Shown here in pieces: positions 10,837 to 19,692 of a stretch of DNA of 64,000 bases. The position numbers and the translations under genes were made by a program. Position 1 is the stretch's first letter; each line of letters opens with the position of its first letter. This stretch comes from an uncultured Bacteroidales bacterium (lineage in GTDB: Bacteria; Bacteroidota; Bacteroidia; Bacteroidales; GCA-2748055), in contig CAVYRO010000003.1 of NCBI GenBank assembly GCA_963771005.1, forward strand, positions 868,657 through 932,656. The letters run 5' to 3'. The notes under the pieces were generated by a model. It saw only the letters and a program-made list of their open reading frames with translations. It was not told where the DNA came from and made no database searches.

Positions 10837-11409
10837 GCTCCGCTCTCCTTTTCAGCAGGTAACCCGGAACCAGGTAACCCCCAATCACGGCTGCAGCCAT
10901 AAAAAGAAGTTCATATGAATTCCCTGCAAACCGGGCCGCAATAGCCAGAAGCCAGAACATTACAGCACCGATGATCAGGGGCCTGAATTTTACGATGATC
11001 CCGGAAATAAAAGTCGGGATCCCGGCAAGCATCATGATGAACGGAGTTACATTGGCAAGATTGTCGTTAAGTAGTATGAAAAGAACGATGGCGGCAAAGA
11101 TAAAGGCCATCCATGTCCACATGTACAACCTGTCAGCATAAGTTGAAGCGGTGGATTTCCTCCCCTTCACAAAACCATACACCAGGGAGACAATGACACC
11201 CGGCATGGTGAGAAACCATACATAGTACGGGTGGGTATAGTCCGTAAACCGGTACAGCGCATAAGATGAAAGGCTGCAAAATACAATAAGCCATCCCCAG
11301 AAAAGAAGGTGAAAGCTTCCATGCCTGATATTGGCTTTCGTTTTACTGATCATCTCCGTGATGATGCGGATGCTTTCGGCTCCCGTGAGATCCTGTTCCT
11401 GTGTTTTCA
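10823..11409 (-). CDS. Hypothetical multi-pass membrane protein, co-transcribed with the winged-helix regulator
   Basis: The likely start is MKTQEQDLTG at 11409; the ORF-track start at 11479 adds an implausible leader. The protein has about 5 hydrophobic helices. Confidence 0.5.
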
Positions 11410-11547
11410 TTTCCGTATATATTTGTTTTTTAAAACATAAATAATATCCAAATATAAAGTAGTTTGAAATGTAAACCAAATAATTTAGAAATAGTTCATG
11501 TCCTTACAGAACTTTTCTTAATTTTATTCAAATCAATCCAAACCCTA

Positions 11548-12464
11548 ATGCACACCAGGTTCAGTATTTGTTTCCTGGGCATTTTCATGCTTAATGCCTG
11601 CAGTGACATGCCAAAGACTCGAAGAAAAGCAGATCCGGTTTCGAAATATAAACTTGCCATGGTCCAGATGGATGTAAGGGGAGGGGATCCGGTTCATAAT
11701 CTGGCTGCAGCCTCAGAAAGGATCAGGGAGGCAGCCGGGAACGGGGCACGCATAGCCCTTCTTCCTGAGATGACCGATTTCGGATGGTGTCATTCCTCGG
11801 CAAAGGAAGAGGCCGGACCCGTGCCTGGCGGTGATTCCTTTGAGGCGCTGAGCCGGGCAGCACGGGAAAATAATATATATGTCTGTGCGGGAATCGCCGA
11901 GAAAGACGATGACAGCCTGTATAACACAGCCGTTATCATCGGCCCCCGGGGAGATCTCCTGGCCAAACACCGTAAGCTAAATGAATTGGATTTTGCACAC
12001 GGTCTTTACAGCCAGGGTGATATGCTGAACGTAGCGCATACGGAGCTCGGTACCCTCGGCTTGCTGATCTGTGCCGATGCAAATGCCGACGGGCTTACCC
12101 TTTCCAAATCCCTATGTTACATGGGCGCGGACATCATCCTTTCACCCTGTGCCTGGGCCGTACCCCCGGATATGATAATGTGGCCTCTCCTTATGGCGAC
12201 ACCTGGCGCAATGCCTACGGACCCATAAGCAGGATGTTCGACGTCTGGTTCGTGGGTGTGAGCAATGTCGGGAAGGTGGAAGACGGGGCATGGAACGGCT
12301 GGGATTGCATCGGCTGTTCACTTGCCTACGCGCCCGGTGGGAAAGAGGTGGTACAGGCTCCTTATGGGGTATCAGCCGACACCATTATCTACATCGACGT
12401 AGATCTGCACAAACGTCCCGCAAAGGGAACCAAATGGGGGGAATATATAAGGGATCACCAATGA
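11548..12464 (+). pseudogene. Carbon-nitrogen hydrolase (nitrilase superfamily) lipoprotein, frameshifted in a C5 run at 12163-12167
   Basis: The Glu-Lys-Cys triad context is LLPEM, HRKLN and LLICAD. ORF 11464..12228 reads ..ILSPCAWAVPP and then loses homology. ORF 12114..12464 continues GYDNVASPYGDTWRNAYGPISRMFDVWFVGVSN.. in another frame. The likely start is MHTRFSICFLGIFMLNAC. Confidence 0.75.
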
Positions 12465-12548
12465 TGATTGAATCGTTATCCCTGACAGAGTTCAGAAATC
12501 CTGTCAGGGATAACGATTCACTTATCGGGTTCATACTCCGCTCAAAGC

Positions 12549-12926
12549 TCATGCATCCGGTTTTCCCGCCCGCCACCGCAGTATCGTTACAGCCAACAGC
12601 GAAAATCCGGAAACGATCAACCCATAGCAGGGAAGATAGAAAGAGATCTTCAGACCGGAAATAGCCAGGGCAAACGAGATATCAGCCGCCCTGATGATGG
12701 CATTCAGAGCTGAAATAAAACCTGTAACCTGGGCCAGAATACCTGTGAGGAGAGCAAGTCCTCCCAGATAAAGGATGAGGTCAAGATGTTTCCGCGGCAC
12801 CTCCTTGTGCTTCAGATACCTGCCCAATAGTCTGACTCCCAGTACTACGATGATGATAAGAAGGACCGTGATGACGATCCACCAGGCAATGCCGTTCAGT
12901 ACGATGTCGAGAAATTTTGTTTCCAT
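12549..12926 (-). CDS. Small hypothetical membrane protein (3-4 TM; possibly MotA/ExbB-like)
   Basis: This is a 125-aa hydrophobic ORF. I recognise no diagnostic motif. Confidence 0.4.
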   Translation of the reverse strand: METKFLDIVLNGIAWWIVITVLLIIIVVLGVRLLGRYLKHKEVPRKHLDLILYLGGLALLTGILAQVTGFISALNAIIRAADISFALAISGLKISFYLPCYGLIVSGFSLLAVTILRWRAGKPDA

Positions 12927-13090
12927 GTTGTGATGAATTTAAGGATTAAAAGAGAATCCCGTAAACATTTTCAAACAAGATTATAATACGGGCCGGATTA
13001 TCGCAATTTTATTCGACGCCCTGTACAATATCCGGGTGAAAAATTACCATTCCGGCTTTTTTTGCCATTCCGGCCTGATATCCTGTCAAA

Positions 13091-14184
13091 ATGGGACTTA
13101 AAACATCTGTTCATCTGATTTTTTTTCAAACGACGGGAAAATTGTGCAATTTGCTGAATAAAGTCTGCAGGTTGAAAAAATATGCACCTATAGCGCTTTT
13201 AATCATTTTGAGCTGGGCTGTCCTGTTTTTTATTTACAATTACAGGAATACTGCTTCGCATTACGGAATGCTTATCCCTGGGTTCATGACAGCGGTCGTA
13301 TTGATAAATGCATGGCTGTTCAACTATATTCTTATCCCGGGATACTACTTCAGACGGAAATATATTCCCTTTATTTTCTTCACCCTCTCGGCTGTTATTC
13401 TCAGCACCTGGCTGCAGATGCTTTTTGTGTTCGGACTATACATGAGGCTGAGATTTGAGTTGAACGCCGTTACACCGCGATTACAGGATATTATGGTCAT
13501 CATCTCCAGTACCTGGCTGATCGTTCTCGGGAGCATTGCTATAAGCAAACTTCCGTCCTGGCAGACAATGCAAGGAAACAGGAAGTACTAACCCGGGAGA
13601 AGTATGAAGCGGAGCTCCGGTTGCTTAAATCACAGATCAATCCCCATTTCCTGTTCAATACTCTGAACAGTATATATGTGTTGGCTAAGAAGAAGGCGGA
13701 GGAAACCCCGGAAATGGTCCTCAGACTTTCGCAGATCCTCGATTTCCTACTTTATGAGACCGGTTCTTCACAGGTTGAGATCATCCGGGAAATAGAATTT
13801 ATACGGGATTATATTGAGCTTGAAAAGCTGAGATACGGTAAAAAACTGGAAGTAAGTGTTCAGGTCGATATCCGTGATCCGCAGCGAAAGATTGAGCCGA
13901 TGATCTTCATCCCCCTTGTGGAAAATGCTTTTAAGCATGGGGTGAAAGGGGAGCGAAGGAAAGCCATTGTGCACATTGAGATTTCGGACCGGGATGGGAT
14001 CCGTTTTCACATCCGGAATTCAAAACCCGTAAGCGGGGTACCTGCATCGAAGGGAGGCATTGGGTTAAAGAATCTCCAGAGCCGTCTTGAAAAGATCTAC
14101 GGCGAGGGTTTCCGGATCCGCACAGATGATGCTCCCGGCCTTTACACTGTCGACCTGGAGGTTGTAAAGCCCCAATCCCCTTGA
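13091..14184 (+). pseudogene. LytS-type sensor histidine kinase (His_kinase PF06580 type), frameshifted near 13555-13572
   Basis: The N-terminal TM domain is in ORF 13091..13591. ORF 13621..14184 carries LKSQINPHFLFNTLNSIYVLA and IPLVENAFKHG. The second frame reads back through ..ADNARKQEVLTREKYEAELRLLKSQ, the usual coiled linker, so the two ORFs form one gene. Confidence 0.8.
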
Positions 14185-14246
14185 TATTACTGGGAAGCAA
14201 TTTCATTTGCAGCAAAGAGAAAAATCACTTCATAAAAACGTTGGCA

Positions 14247-14966
14247 ATGCCTTATACATGTATGATCATCGATGATGAACCGCTGGCGATTGAAGCCCTT
14301 GTTGATCACATCACCCGGCTTGACGATTTCACGATCATTGCCAGGTGCAGTGATGCGGTAGAGGCCATACCGCTCGTGAAGAGCGGTAAGCCCGACCTGA
14401 TCTTCCTGGATATTGAAATGCCTGAGCTCAGCGGGCTGGATTTCATCAGGTCGGTTCACAATCCTCCGCGGATCATTCTGACCACAGCATACAGGGATTA
14501 TGCGCCGGAAGCTTTTGACCTTGATGTGGTGGATTACCTGTTGAAACCGGTAAGTTTCCCGCGTTTTCTCAGAGCTGTCAACCGGTTCTATGATTCCTTA
14601 GGATCCTCAAATAAGGATACTGGAAATGTACAGGTTACTGGTGCCGATTACATAAATGTTTACGCTGATAAAAAAACACATAAACTGAAGCAGGAAGAGA
14701 TCCTGTATCTCGAGAGTGTGGGAGATTATGTGGCAATTCATCTCCATAACAAAAAGATACTCACCAGGGAAGGCATATCATCCCTTGAGAAAAAACTTCC
14801 CCGAGAATTATTCATCCGTATCCATAGGTCATTTATCATTTCCCTGGGACATATCGAAAGTTTTGCCAGTTCCGAGGTGGAAATTTCCGGAAAGATACTT
14901 CCGGTGAGCCGGAAATACAGGGATGCTGTATATCGAGTCCTGAATACCGGGAAAAGTAGACTCTAA
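14247..14966 (+). CDS. LytR/AlgR-family response regulator (receiver plus LytTR DNA-binding domain)
   Basis: The receiver domain shows MPYTCMIIDDEPLAIEAL and PDLIFLDIEMPELSG. The LytTR region shows ILYLESVGDYVAIHL...IRIHRSFII. The gene lies directly downstream of the LytS-type kinase. Confidence 0.9.
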   Translation: MPYTCMIIDDEPLAIEALVDHITRLDDFTIIARCSDAVEAIPLVKSGKPDLIFLDIEMPELSGLDFIRSVHNPPRIILTTAYRDYAPEAFDLDVVDYLLKPVSFPRFLRAVNRFYDSLGSSNKDTGNVQVTGADYINVYADKKTHKLKQEEILYLESVGDYVAIHLHNKKILTREGISSLEKKLPRELFIRIHRSFIISLGHIESFASSEVEISGKILPVSRKYRDAVYRVLNTGKSRL

Positions 14967-15063
14967 TGATCTTTTCGATCGTACCGTTAAGAACAGGAGG
15001 GTCACATTATCTGTCGGTAAGGGAAAGGTTAGGCTTCGCTCACCGACCGGGGAACTGCCACAA

Positions 15064-15913
15064 GAATTTGTTGAGTTGTTGAGTTGTTGAGTTGTTGATT
15101 GAAGAGATTCTACGTAGTACTGAATTTGTTGAGTTGTTGAGTTGTTGAGTTGTTGATTGAAGAGATTCTACGTAGTACTGAATTTGTTGAGTTGTTGAGT
15201 TGTTGAGTTGTTGATTGAAGAGATTCTACGTAGTACTGAATTTGTTGAGTTGTTGAGTTGTTGAGTTGTTGATTGAAGAGATTCTACGTAGTACTGAATT
15301 TGTTGAGTTGTTGAGTTGTTGAGTTGTTGATTGAAGAGATTCTACGTAGTACTGAATTTGTTGAGTTGTTGAGTTGTTGAGTTGTTGATTGAAGAGATTC
15401 TACGTAGTACTGAATTTGTTGAGTTGTTGAGTTGTTGAGTTGTTGATTGAAGAGATTCTACGTAGTACTGAATTTGTTGAGTTGTTGAGTTGTTGAGTTG
15501 TTGATTGAAGAGATTCTACGTAGTACTGAATTTGTTGAGTTGTTGAGTTGTTGAGTTGTTGATTGAAGAGATTCTACGTAGTACTGAATTTGTTGAGTTG
15601 TTGAGTTGTTGAGTTGTTGATTGAAGAGATTCTACGTAGTACTGAATTTGTTGAGTTGTTGAGTTGTTGAGTTGTTGATTGAAGAGATTCTACGTAGTAC
15701 TGAATTTGTTGAGTTGTTGAGTTGTTGAGTTGTTGATTGAAGAGATTCTTACGTAGTCCTGAATTTGTTGAGTTGTTGATTTGTTGATTGAAGAGATCCT
15801 TACGTAGTCCTGAATTTGTTGAGTTGTTGATTTGTTGATTGAAGAGATTCTTACGTAGTCCTGAATTTGCTGAGTTGTTGATTTGTTGATTGAAGAGATT
15901 CTCACGTGGTCCT
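15064..15913. repeat. 58-bp minisatellite: 11 identical copies (15064-15701) plus 4 variant copies of 59, 51, 51 and 51 bp
   Basis: The unit is GAATTT(GTTGAGTT)3GTTGATTGAAGAGATTCTACGTAGTACT. Unit starts fall at 15064, 15122, 15180 ... 15644, a constant 58-bp phase visible as a 2-nt shift per 60-nt line. Later units change to ..CTTACGTAGTCCT and replace one GTTGAGTT with GTTGATTT. Confidence 0.95.
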
Positions 15914-16299
15914 GAATTTGTTAAGGCTGCGCTCACCGAGCGGGACCCTGACTTGAAATGAATTATGGTTCGGCTTCCCTCAACATTTCGGTAATCTTTG
16001 CATTGAAAAGTCATCATATTATAATCTGGTGAAGTCATACCTTCGTTTAAGCGCATAGTTTGGGCTTCTTCCTTTGTAATACGTCTTAGTATCAACTGGG
16101 ATCCACCCCCACCGTCGACGCCGACCGCCCTTAATGGGATTCACCCCCCAAATCTCAGCGTCCCCTTTTTGACTTTTTGATGAAAAGTTATCAACACTAC
16201 AGATTATCAGTACGTTGGATAACCCCGAACTCATTGTTTTGGTGATTTGGTGAAGTGGAAGAGGAACGCGGATTTGACGGAAAAATACGAATCCCGGAA

Positions 16300-16410
16300 G
16301 AATTTGTTGATTTGTTCGATTTGTTGCGTTGTTGATTGAAGAGATTCTTACGTAGTCCTGAATTTGTTGAGTTGTTGATTTGTTGATTGAAGAGATTCTC
16401 ACATGGTCCT
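16300..16410. repeat. Two further degenerate copies (60 and 51 bp) of the 58-bp unit, ending in the same junction as the main array
   Basis: The sequence reads GAATTTGTTGATTTGTTCGATTTGTTGCGTTGTTGATTGAAGAGATTCTTACGTAGTCCT followed by GAATTTGTTGAGTTGTTGATTTGTTGATTGAAGAGATTCTCACATGGTCCT. Both arrays terminate in GAATTTGTTAAGGCTGCG(C/T)TCACCG. Confidence 0.85.
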
Positions 16411-16448
16411 GAATTTGTTAAGGCTGCGTTCACCGGCCGGGGAACTGC

Positions 16449-16585
16449 CTTTAAATGAAGAACGGTTCGGCTACGCTCAGCGGCTGGCGTTCTATCTTTA
16501 AATGAGGAACGGTTCGGCTACGCTCAGCGGCTGGCGTTCTATCTTTAAATGAGGAACGGTTCGGCTACGCTCACCGACCGGGGGC
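16449..16585. repeat. 47-bp tandem repeat (about 2.9 copies) carrying the core GGTTCGGCTACGCTCA
   Basis: CTTTAAATGA(A/G)GAACGGTTCGGCTACGCTCAGCGGCTGGCGTTCTAT occurs at 16449 and 16496, with a partial copy at 16543. Related cores (GGCT[ATG]CGCTCA) occur at about 15034, 15925, 15978, 16425 and 16607. Confidence 0.85.
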
Positions 16586-16641
16586 CTACGATTAGTGAGG
16601 TATGTTTCGGCTACGCTCAACATTCAGGCACACGGTCCCGC

Positions 16642-17472
16642 TCAACTCCTCTTCACATGGCTGTACTTTATGATCGCCACGAATACGATGCCACCTATCG
16701 CATTCCCGATGGTCGCCCAGAACTGGAAACGGAGATATCCAGCGAAAGTTATGGACTTGCTGCAGAGCATCCCTGTGAAGACCTCAATGGATCCGACGAT
16801 GGAATGGTGCAGGCCTCCCAGGCCGATGAGAAAGGTCACCAGAATGATAATAAAGATACGGCTTATGGTATCCTGCGAGGAGGTAACCAGCCAGGAAAGG
16901 ATTCCCATGAGCCATCCGGCGCCGATACTGCTGCCCAGGATGACACTCCAGTTGTAATTTATCCTCGTCTGTGCCAGGAAGGTGAATGATTCCCTGCTGA
17001 CAGATTCCATGACGGGTGCAAAATCACCTACGACGAGGGCAAAGATATAGCCTCCCAGGAGATTACCTGCGTAGATGATGCCCCACAGGATGAGAAGATC
17101 CTTTACGCCGGCCGATCTGTTCAGGACGGGAAGTACGGCAAGCGTGGTATGTTCGGTGAATAGTTCGGAACGGCCCAGGGTCACAAAGATAAAGCCCACC
17201 GGGTAGGCCAGCGCCATCAGGAGCACAAGGTTCTGGGGGGAAACTACCCCGGCATACATGTGATGAAGGATCCCCATCAGGTAAACGCTGAAGCCTATCT
17301 CAAGTCCTGCAGCGAATGCCGAAAGCAGGAGCCCGAACTTCGATCGCCGGTATTCCCGCATACCCAGTTCGATCTCCTCCTTAAGGATCTCACCTTCCGT
17401 TTTTGGCTTCTGCATCTCTTCCCTGAGCGCATGTCCTTCTTCTTTCTTTACCAGGTTCCTGAATGATACCAT
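16642..17472 (-). CDS. Formate/nitrite transporter (FNT) family protein
   Basis: This 276-aa protein has about 6 TM segments. FNT-like motifs are TLGRSELFTEHT, IIYAGNLLGGY and ATIGNAIGG. Confidence 0.8.
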   Translation of the reverse strand: MVSFRNLVKKEEGHALREEMQKPKTEGEILKEEIELGMREYRRSKFGLLLSAFAAGLEIGFSVYLMGILHHMYAGVVSPQNLVLLMALAYPVGFIFVTLGRSELFTEHTTLAVLPVLNRSAGVKDLLILWGIIYAGNLLGGYIFALVVGDFAPVMESVSRESFTFLAQTRINYNWSVILGSSIGAGWLMGILSWLVTSSQDTISRIFIIILVTFLIGLGGLHHSIVGSIEVFTGMLCSKSITFAGYLRFQFWATIGNAIGGIVFVAIIKYSHVKRS

Positions 17473-17613
17473 GGGTTGCTTTTTTCATGTATTTGAAAAA
17501 CAATATTCCGTTCTTTCAGAAACAGTAAAACGAATTGGGTACGAAGAAGGTTTATGGGCCCGGGAGAATTGCGGATTCCGCGATCCGGAATCCCGTTTTT
17601 GGGGAAAAGTGAT

Positions 17614-18186
17614 TCAATCTGATTTCCTGATGTATGTCAGCCCGGTAACTCCGCACCGGAATTGCCGGGTTCCGGTAAGCCCAAGGTTCATTCGCTCCCG
17701 GATATTTTTAAACAGGGGTATACCCATTCCGAGGATCACCGGGTTGATATTGATCCTGTATTCGTCGATCAGGTCTGACTGGATAAGTGCATGGGTGACG
17801 GAAGCGCTGCCGATAAGCAGTATATCCCCGCCGTCTTCTTTCTTAAGGGCAGATACAACCCCGTCAATATTGCCGTCATAGAATACCGTATTATTCCAGT
17901 CGGAGGTCAATACCGTTTTGGAGAAAACCATTTTCCGGGCTTTGTTGACCCAGGCAGCATGTTCTTTATCATGCCGCGACGCGCCGGTACTTTCACCTGC
18001 GGTAGGCCAGTAGCTTTCCATCATCTGGAAGGTAATCCTTCCATAAATTACAGTGTCGGCTCCCTGCGTCAGGGATGATGAGTAATCACCCATCTCCTCA
18101 TCAAACAGGATCCAGTCCATTTCACCTGTTGGTCCTGCAATGAAACCATCCAGTGAGGTGTGCATAAGCAGCTTAAGTTTCTTCAT
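17614..18186 (-). CDS. Dihydrofolate-reductase-like protein (RibD C-terminal domain family)
   Basis: The N-terminus reads MKKLKLLMHTSLDGFIAGPTGEMDW. Further matches are ..VIYGRITFQMMESYWP.. and ..ILLIGSASVTHALIQSDLIDEYRININPVILG. Confidence 0.8.
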   Translation of the reverse strand: MKKLKLLMHTSLDGFIAGPTGEMDWILFDEEMGDYSSSLTQGADTVIYGRITFQMMESYWPTAGESTGASRHDKEHAAWVNKARKMVFSKTVLTSDWNNTVFYDGNIDGVVSALKKEDGGDILLIGSASVTHALIQSDLIDEYRININPVILGMGIPLFKNIRERMNLGLTGTRQFRCGVTGLTYIRKSD

Positions 18187-18197
18187 AATACTGTGTT

Positions 18198-18767
18198 TCA
18201 GGAAGATAATTTTTTATAATTCAGAAGAACGACCCCGCATGGGAAGGCAATGCTCCTGACGGATTTTAATTTTAACCGGTCAGAAAAAACCGGGAGGCCT
18301 TTTCCGGCACCGAGGGTTACCGGATTGATGAAGAGAAAATACTCATCAATGAGATTGCGTGATGCCATGGAAGATGCCAGGCCGCTCCCACCGTAGAGAA
18401 TTATATCTCCCGGACCTGTCTCTTTCAACTTCCGTACTTCCTCGTCCAGATCGCCGGTTGCCAGGGCGGTATTCTGCCAGGGTGATTTATCCAGCGTTTT
18501 GGTAAAGACGACTTTTGGCGTATCAACCATCTTCTTCCCGAATTCGTACTCTGGGTTTGCCGGATCGCTTGCAACGTCAGTCCAGTATGAGACAAAGCCT
18601 TCCGTCATTTTCCGGCCCAGGAGGATGCATTCAACGGGTTTTGTCAGTTCGCTGACGAAGGATTTGAGCTCATCATCCCAGTCCCACACCATCCAGTCCA
18701 GTTCGCCGTTTGGTCCTCCGCAATACCCATCTACGGTGAGTTGCATCTGCAATTTTAAAGTTCTCAT
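18198..18767 (-). CDS. Dihydrofolate-reductase-like protein (RibD_C family), tandem paralog
   Basis: The likely start is MRTLKLQMQLTVDGYCGGPNGELDW at 18767. The ORF-track start at 18827 only extends into a (TTTGTTGA)n repeat run, giving the artefactual leader FIQQINKSTNQQI. Confidence 0.8.
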   Translation of the reverse strand: MRTLKLQMQLTVDGYCGGPNGELDWMVWDWDDELKSFVSELTKPVECILLGRKMTEGFVSYWTDVASDPANPEYEFGKKMVDTPKVVFTKTLDKSPWQNTALATGDLDEEVRKLKETGPGDIILYGGSGLASSMASRNLIDEYFLFINPVTLGAGKGLPVFSDRLKLKSVRSIAFPCGVVLLNYKKLSS

Positions 18768-18940
18768 GTCTGAGTTAAGAATTTGTTGATTTGTTGATTT
18801 ATTGATTTGTTGAATGAATTCGATCATCTCCTCAAAATATGTTTTTCTCCGGGTTTCCGGAAGAAATTGAGGATTTGATGAATAGCCGCTTGCATAGTAT
18901 TACATTCATCTCGTTCTAAAGTCCGGGCATACCAGGTGGA

Positions 18941-19384
18941 TCAAAACCATGTGGCCCAGGAATGGAGGAAAGGCCACGGGATAAAGAGGAAAATCAGGAT
19001 CAGGCCGATGCTGAAGAAAATAGCAACACGTCTGAATTTATCAGGATCGGTCTCCTTTTTCAGCGATGTCCGGTAACCCATATTCACCAGGGTGATGGCA
19101 ATGAACATGCCGATAAGGTGAATGATCCCGAAGAAAAAGATCATTCCGGAGGCTCCGGAAAGATTTCCCCAGGCTGCATAGTCCCCTTTCAGAAAGTAAA
19201 GTACGAGGCCCAGCAGCATCTGGAAATTCAGGAACCCGGTGGTTGCCAGGAAAAGCCGGCGCCTGGCTTTTGAAAATCCCCGGTGATTAACAAGGCCGCC
19301 ATAGGCGGAAATGATGGAGATGATCAAAAGGATAAGAGCGATGTAGCGTATCGCAGAATGCAGATCGAGTAAACCGGTAATCAT
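18941..19384 (-). CDS. Hypothetical 4-TM membrane protein
   Basis: This is a 147-aa hydrophobic ORF with no recognised motif. Confidence 0.5.
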   Translation of the reverse strand: MITGLLDLHSAIRYIALILLIISIISAYGGLVNHRGFSKARRRLFLATTGFLNFQMLLGLVLYFLKGDYAAWGNLSGASGMIFFFGIIHLIGMFIAITLVNMGYRTSLKKETDPDKFRRVAIFFSIGLILIFLFIPWPFLHSWATWF

Positions 19385-19514
19385 CGCAGGTATTTTTTAA
19401 GGTTAGAACTACTTCTTCCGGGGCACGATCAGCGGTTTAATTTCTTAACGATACCCGGATTTTCAGGAAACAAGGATAAGTAACAATTGTTTAGCCGGAC
19501 CGGTAATGAGGGAA

Positions 19515-19692
19515 TGAAGAATTTGGAGTACTGTTTGAGATTGTTTGAGATTGTTTGAGATGGTTTGAAAGAAGAGGAACGCGGATTTGACGGATTTTGA
19601 CGGATTCCGGTAGCTATCGGAACGGATTTTGGATAGTTGACTCTTCATTCACCAAATCACCAAATCACCAAATATTCTTCATCCGCGTTCTA
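19515..19692. repeat. Mosaic intergenic repeat element (10-mer run, D module with hairpin, 8-mer run)
   Basis: The order is (TTGTTTGAGA)x3 plus TGGTTTGAAA, then GAAGAGGAACGCGGATTTGACGGATTTTGACGGA. Next comes the palindromic TTCCGGTAGCTATCGGAA, then (TCACCAAA)x3. The element closes with ATCCGCGTTC, the inverted complement of GAACGCGGAT. Confidence 0.85.

Noticed and set aside
15064-15913. Could the regularly spaced repeats here (and at 35722-36258, 42138-42627 and 51882-52476) be CRISPR arrays?
   Set aside because: The sequence between the repeat cores is itself identical from unit to unit, so there are no unique spacers. The periods (58, 110-122 and 153 bp) and the nested octamer/decamer substructure do not fit CRISPR. 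No cas genes are present in the window.
14247-15913. Could the 58-bp array be a bank of LytTR-regulator binding sites for the adjacent response regulator?
   Set aside because: The repeated GTTGAGTT octamers do not match the LytTR consensus I know: 9-bp direct repeats of the type [TA][AC][CA]GTTN[AG][TG] with a 12-bp spacer. The same octamers also occur at many loci unrelated to this regulator. The adjacency is probably coincidental. It could still be tested by EMSA.
15574-16402. ORFs encoding low-complexity NSTNSGLRKNLFNQQI / NKSTNQQI peptides. These include 15574..16095, 15690..15905, 16019..16402, 35699..36384, 40253..40549, 51730..52456 and 63508..63881.
   Set aside because: They lie entirely on tandem repeats and are open in several overlapping frames, often on both strands. 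They have no independent start context, and their periodicity simply mirrors the DNA repeat. They are best explained as artefacts of stop-free repeat units.
16549-16989. Plus-strand ORFs 16549..16989 and 16595..16957.
   Set aside because: They are antisense to the well-supported FNT transporter gene, and their 5' parts run through the REP-like repeats.
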